19,289 bases of DNA from an uncultured Pseudomonadota bacterium (GTDB lineage: Bacteria > SAR324 > NAC60-12). Position numbers and translations under genes: made by a program. The stretch lies in contig CAJWCD010000068.1 of assembly GCA_913020725.1 (NCBI GenBank), positions 1 through 19,289 of the forward strand. Direction: 5' to 3'. Below are positions 16,436 to 19,289 of the stretch, piece by piece. The notes under the pieces were generated by a model that had not been told where the DNA came from, did no database searches, and saw only the letters and a program-made list of their open reading frames with translations. Each line of letters starts with the position of its first letter. Positions within the stretch are counted from its first letter, which is position 1.

Positions 16436-18179
16436 TCTGCTCAAAAAAATCCCTGGCTGGCAACGTCCGGAACCCCCCGTGTACGACCTGCGTACGATCC
16501 GGGCACCGAGGCTGGCAGGACGTGCCCTCAAGTTGATGGCGGTGTTGTTGGAACTTCCGGGCTTCCGGGGTTGGTTGCGTCCCGTTTTGCTCGCACAAGT
16601 TGGACTGCGGGCTTTCCGGAAATACCGCCCCAACGCGGGTCTCACGCCCCTGCCGCTGCACTCTCCGGAACCTCCGGTTTTGTTGCTCCCAAGTTGCTCG
16701 CTGACTGAGTACGAAACGGCTTTGCTCCAAGCCGAAAACCGAAAACCGAAAACCGAAAACGGCTTCCAGCCCGAATCCGCTCTGGATTTTCACCGCGCCT
16801 ACCTTGCAGGGGAGACCACGCCACTCAAGGTCGCACAACGACTGCTGGACGTGATCCGGAACTTGGAAGCGAGCGCCGTGCCGTTGCGTCCGCTCATCGA
16901 GTGGGACGGCGAAAACCTGCTGCGGCAGGCGCAGGAATCCACGGAACGCTATCAGCAGGGTCGCCCTGCCGGATTGCTCGATGGCGTTCCCGTGGCCATC
17001 AAGGATGAGTTCGATTTAGTGCCCTACCCCACCCGTGTCGGCACCCAAGTGCTGGGCACGAACGTGGCAACGCGGGACGCCACTGCCGTGTCCCGCCTTC
17101 GCAAAGCCGGGGCACTGCTGTTCGGCAAGGCGAACATGCACGAACTCGGCATGGGGGTCACGGGCTTCAATCCGCACCACGGCAGCGCCCGCAACCCCTA
17201 CGATCCGGAACGCTATCCCGGCGGTTCTTCCAGTGGACCAGCAGTGGCAGTGGCAGTGGGGCTGTGTCCGGTTGCGCTCGGATCCGACGGTGGAGGCTCC
17301 ATCCGCATTCCCGCCGCACTCTGTGGCATTTCCGGACTGAAAGCAACGTGGAGCCGGGTTAGCAGTGCCGGGCAGTTTCCGCTCGCGTGGAGCATTGGGC
17401 ACGCTGGACCGCTTGCTGCGACCCTCTCCGACCTTACCCTTGCCTATGGTGTGCTTGCCGGAGCCGACGAGAACGATCCGTGGACCCAACGCCAGCCGGA
17501 GGTGAACCTGCCGAATCCGGAGTCCAAACTTCCCGATGGGCTGCGCATCGGCGTGTTTGTGCCGTGGTTTGAACACGCGAAACCAGAGGTGTTCCGGGTT
17601 TGCCTTGACGCAGTGGAGACCTTGCAGAAATTGGGATTGGAACGCAAGGCGGTGGAATTCAGGGGGTTGGAAGCGGCCCGCTTGGCGCATTTGGTTGCCA
17701 TTGCCTCCGAAATGTTGAGCGCCAACGCGCCGCATTTCCGCCGAAAATCTCGGTTTGGCCGTGACATCCGCATCAACCTCTCGCTTGCGGAACACCTCAG
17801 TGCGACTGACTACGTCAAAGCTCAGCGAGTGCGCACCGAACTGATGGCCGCGCTCTCCAAAGTGTTTGAAGAGGTGGACATCCTCATCACGCCCACCACC
17901 GCCCGCACGGCCCCACCGATTCTTCCGGACGTGACGACGGCAGGTGAGTCGGATTTGACGGTGCAGGACGAGTTGATGCGCTTTGTCGTGCCATTCAATC
18001 TCACGGGGCATCCGGCCCTTTCGGTGCCGTGCGGTTACGACCCACAGGGGTTGCCCGTCGGACTGCAACTCGTCGGACGCCCGTGGGAGGAAGCCTTGCT
18101 CCTGCGTGTGGGTGCGGCGTTGGAGGCAAAGGTTGCTCGCACCTCCCCGATGCTGCACCACACGCTGCTTTCCGGGTAA
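16425..18179 (+). CDS. Amidase-signature enzyme resembling plant fatty-acid amide hydrolase (FAAH), about 584 aa
   Basis: Catalytic Lys in VAIKDE, GGSSSG, GSDGGGSIRIP, KANMHELGMG, and an N-terminal extension YDLRTIRAPRLAGRALKLMAVLLE. ATG 16425 overlaps the kinase end by 11 nt. The exact start is uncertain. Confidence 0.9.
   Translation: MWADLLKKIPGWQRPEPPVYDLRTIRAPRLAGRALKLMAVLLELPGFRGWLRPVLLAQVGLRAFRKYRPNAGLTPLPLHSPEPPVLLLPSCSLTEYETALLQAENRKPKTENGFQPESALDFHRAYLAGETTPLKVAQRLLDVIRNLEASAVPLRPLIEWDGENLLRQAQESTERYQQGRPAGLLDGVPVAIKDEFDLVPYPTRVGTQVLGTNVATRDATAVSRLRKAGALLFGKANMHELGMGVTGFNPHHGSARNPYDPERYPGGSSSGPAVAVAVGLCPVALGSDGGGSIRIPAALCGISGLKATWSRVSSAGQFPLAWSIGHAGPLAATLSDLTLAYGVLAGADENDPWTQRQPEVNLPNPESKLPDGLRIGVFVPWFEHAKPEVFRVCLDAVETLQKLGLERKAVEFRGLEAARLAHLVAIASEMLSANAPHFRRKSRFGRDIRINLSLAEHLSATDYVKAQRVRTELMAALSKVFEEVDILITPTTARTAPPILPDVTTAGESDLTVQDELMRFVVPFNLTGHPALSVPCGYDPQGLPVGLQLVGRPWEEALLLRVGAALEAKVARTSPMLHHTLLSG
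16732..16760 (+). repeat. Perfect heptamer tandem repeat (CCGAAAA)4 inside the amidase CDS
   Basis: CCGAAAA-CCGAAAA-CCGAAAA-CCGAAAA-C, encoding AENRKPKTEN. Confidence 0.95.
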
Positions 18180-18181
18180 GC

Positions 18182-18691
18182 CTATTCGATCTCGAGTTTC
18201 CGCAGTTTGGGTCGGATCACAATTTGGCAGTAGGAGGCTTCGCGGTTGCGCTGGTAGTAGCCCTGATGGTAGGTTTCGGCGGGATAGAATTTGCTGAGTG
18301 GAGAAATCTCCGTGACCAGCCGATCGGCAAAATCGGAGGCGACAGCGGCCTTCGAGCGCATGGCTTCGGCCTGCTGTTCGGCGTCGTGGTAGAGGATGAC
18401 GGAGCGGTACTGTGTGCCCACGTCTCCGCCCTGACGATTGAGCGTTGTGGGGTCGTGGCAGCCCCAGAAGAGGTCGAGCAGTTCGGCGTAGGAGATTGTT
18501 TCCGGATCGTACTCGACCTGAATCACCTCGGCGTGGCCGGTGTTTCCAGTGCAGACCGCCTCGTAACTGGGGTTAGGCTCCGCCCCTCCCGCATAGCCCG
18601 AGGTGACGGATTTTACTCCGGATTGGCGCTCAAAAATTGCCTCTAGGCACCAGAAACACCCCCCACCCAAGGTTGCTTGTTCATTTTGCAT
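18182..18691 (-). CDS. msrA: Peptide-methionine (S)-S-oxide reductase, 169 aa
   Basis: GGCFWCLE, SGYAGG, PSYEAVCTGNTGHAE, HDPTTLNRQGGDVGTQYRS, FYPAETYHQGYY, resolving Cys in SYC. Start is ATG 18691 (or GTG 18694). Confidence 0.97.
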   Translation of the reverse strand: MQNEQATLGGGCFWCLEAIFERQSGVKSVTSGYAGGAEPNPSYEAVCTGNTGHAEVIQVEYDPETISYAELLDLFWGCHDPTTLNRQGGDVGTQYRSVILYHDAEQQAEAMRSKAAVASDFADRLVTEISPLSKFYPAETYHQGYYQRNREASYCQIVIRPKLRKLEIE

Positions 18692-18719
18692 CACTCTTCT
18701 CTTGCATAAAAGTTCAAAT

Positions 18720-18747
18720 CCCGTTAGAGAATACTAGCGGGTTTTTT
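18720..18747 (+). terminator. Terminator-like hairpin with U-tract between divergent msrA and bactofilin genes
   Basis: CCCGTTAG-AGAATA-CTAGCGGG (8-bp stem, one G-U pair) followed by TTTTTT. Confidence 0.45.
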
Positions 18748-18805
18748 GGCGAAACTCCAAGTTCATCCGAGCCTAAATCCTCAAACATCACCAGAGCGGC
18801 AGACC

Positions 18806-19216
18806 ATGAAAGTCATCAAAGGCTACCTTGCACCAGACCTCCTCATCGAGGGCAACATCCACACCACCGACAGCGCCCGCATTGACTGCACCTGTGTGGG
18901 CAAGGTCACGGGCGACCAGGAGGTGGACTTTGGCGAGTCCGCTCAGGTGGTGGGGGAGGTCTCCGCGAAGGTGGTGCGGATGAGCGGGAAGATGGAGGGA
19001 AACTTGACCGTCGAGCAGAAAGTCAGCCTGCTGGGTTCCTCCCGCGTCAAGGGAAATCTGATCACGCCTCCCGGAGAGTTCAGCATGGACTTGGGCAGTG
19101 AGTTTGAGGGGAATTTCCAAATCGTGACTCCCGAAACGACCGCCACTGCGAAAGCTGCAGAGGGCAAATCCGCAGCTCAGTCCAAGCACACAGCAGCAGC
19201 CTCAAAATCCAGATAA
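18806..19216 (+). CDS. Bactofilin (polymer-forming cytoskeletal protein), 136 aa
   Basis: Beta-helix periodicity LLIEGNI..ARID..VGKV..VVGEVSAKVVRMSGKMEGNL..RVKGNLIT..GSEFEGNF, plus an Ala/Lys-rich tail. Start at ATG 18806. Confidence 0.88.
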   Translation: MKVIKGYLAPDLLIEGNIHTTDSARIDCTCVGKVTGDQEVDFGESAQVVGEVSAKVVRMSGKMEGNLTVEQKVSLLGSSRVKGNLITPPGEFSMDLGSEFEGNFQIVTPETTATAKAAEGKSAAQSKHTAAASKSR

Positions 19217-19221
19217 TCCGC

Positions 19222-19289
19222 CCTTCTGAACTGCTTGATCCGATTGAAGAAACGTTCGACGAGGTTGCGGTTCTTGTACCAGTGGCGAT
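19222..19289 (-). mobile_element. Truncated IS5-family DDE transposase fragment, continuing beyond the window
   Basis: The minus strand from 19287 reads RHWYKNRNLVERFFNRIKQFRR, the Y-(2)-R-(3)-E-(6)-K signature of IS5/IS427-type transposases. The expected continuation (IATRYDK) is replaced by antisense bactofilin sequence ending at TGA 19179-19177. Confidence 0.8.

Noticed and set aside
11894..18161. Long antisense ORFs (11894-12814, 12480-13373, 14380-15288, 15296-16180, 17016-18161; also 3366-4169)
   Set aside because: They are shadows of well-supported genes in GC-rich, codon-biased DNA and show no recognisable motifs.
16425..18179. gatA (Glu-tRNA amidotransferase subunit A)
   Set aside because: No gatB/gatC nearby, it has MHELGMG rather than the GatA-type DEFAMGS, and it carries a long FAAH-like N-terminal extension.
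18182..18691. Selenocysteine-containing MsrA or other selenoprotein near selB
   Set aside because: The catalytic codon is TGT (Cys). The other TGA stops fall at expected C-termini or in TGATG overlaps, with no evident SECIS.

Overview
Mostly housekeeping bacterial DNA with moderately high GC, bounded by mobile-element scars at both ends. The host cannot be identified from sequence alone. Left to right: a decayed ORF with one MORN repeat beside the 3' end of tRNA-Pro(TGG); sthA (-); then, divergently, two REP-like palindromes, selB, a 50-codon membrane microprotein ORF missing from the ORF track (TGATG-coupled at both ends) and an LpoA/LppC-like periplasmic protein. Next come a minus-strand pair (120-aa unknown protein plus an APH/ACAD10-type phosphotransferase) behind a near-consensus Fur box; a divergent ketopantoate-reductase-like enzyme; and sucA-sucB-lpdA, which looks Bacteroidota-like. 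These are followed by a sensorless REC-HisKA-HATPase kinase, an amidase resembling plant FAAH with an internal (CCGAAAA)4 tract, msrA (-), a bactofilin and a truncated IS5-family transposase. I see no CRISPR array, defence island or clearly new multi-gene system. The best leads are the hidden microprotein, the Fur-boxed operon of unknown function and the possibly phase-variable FAAH-like amidase. All family assignments come from recalled motifs, not database searches.
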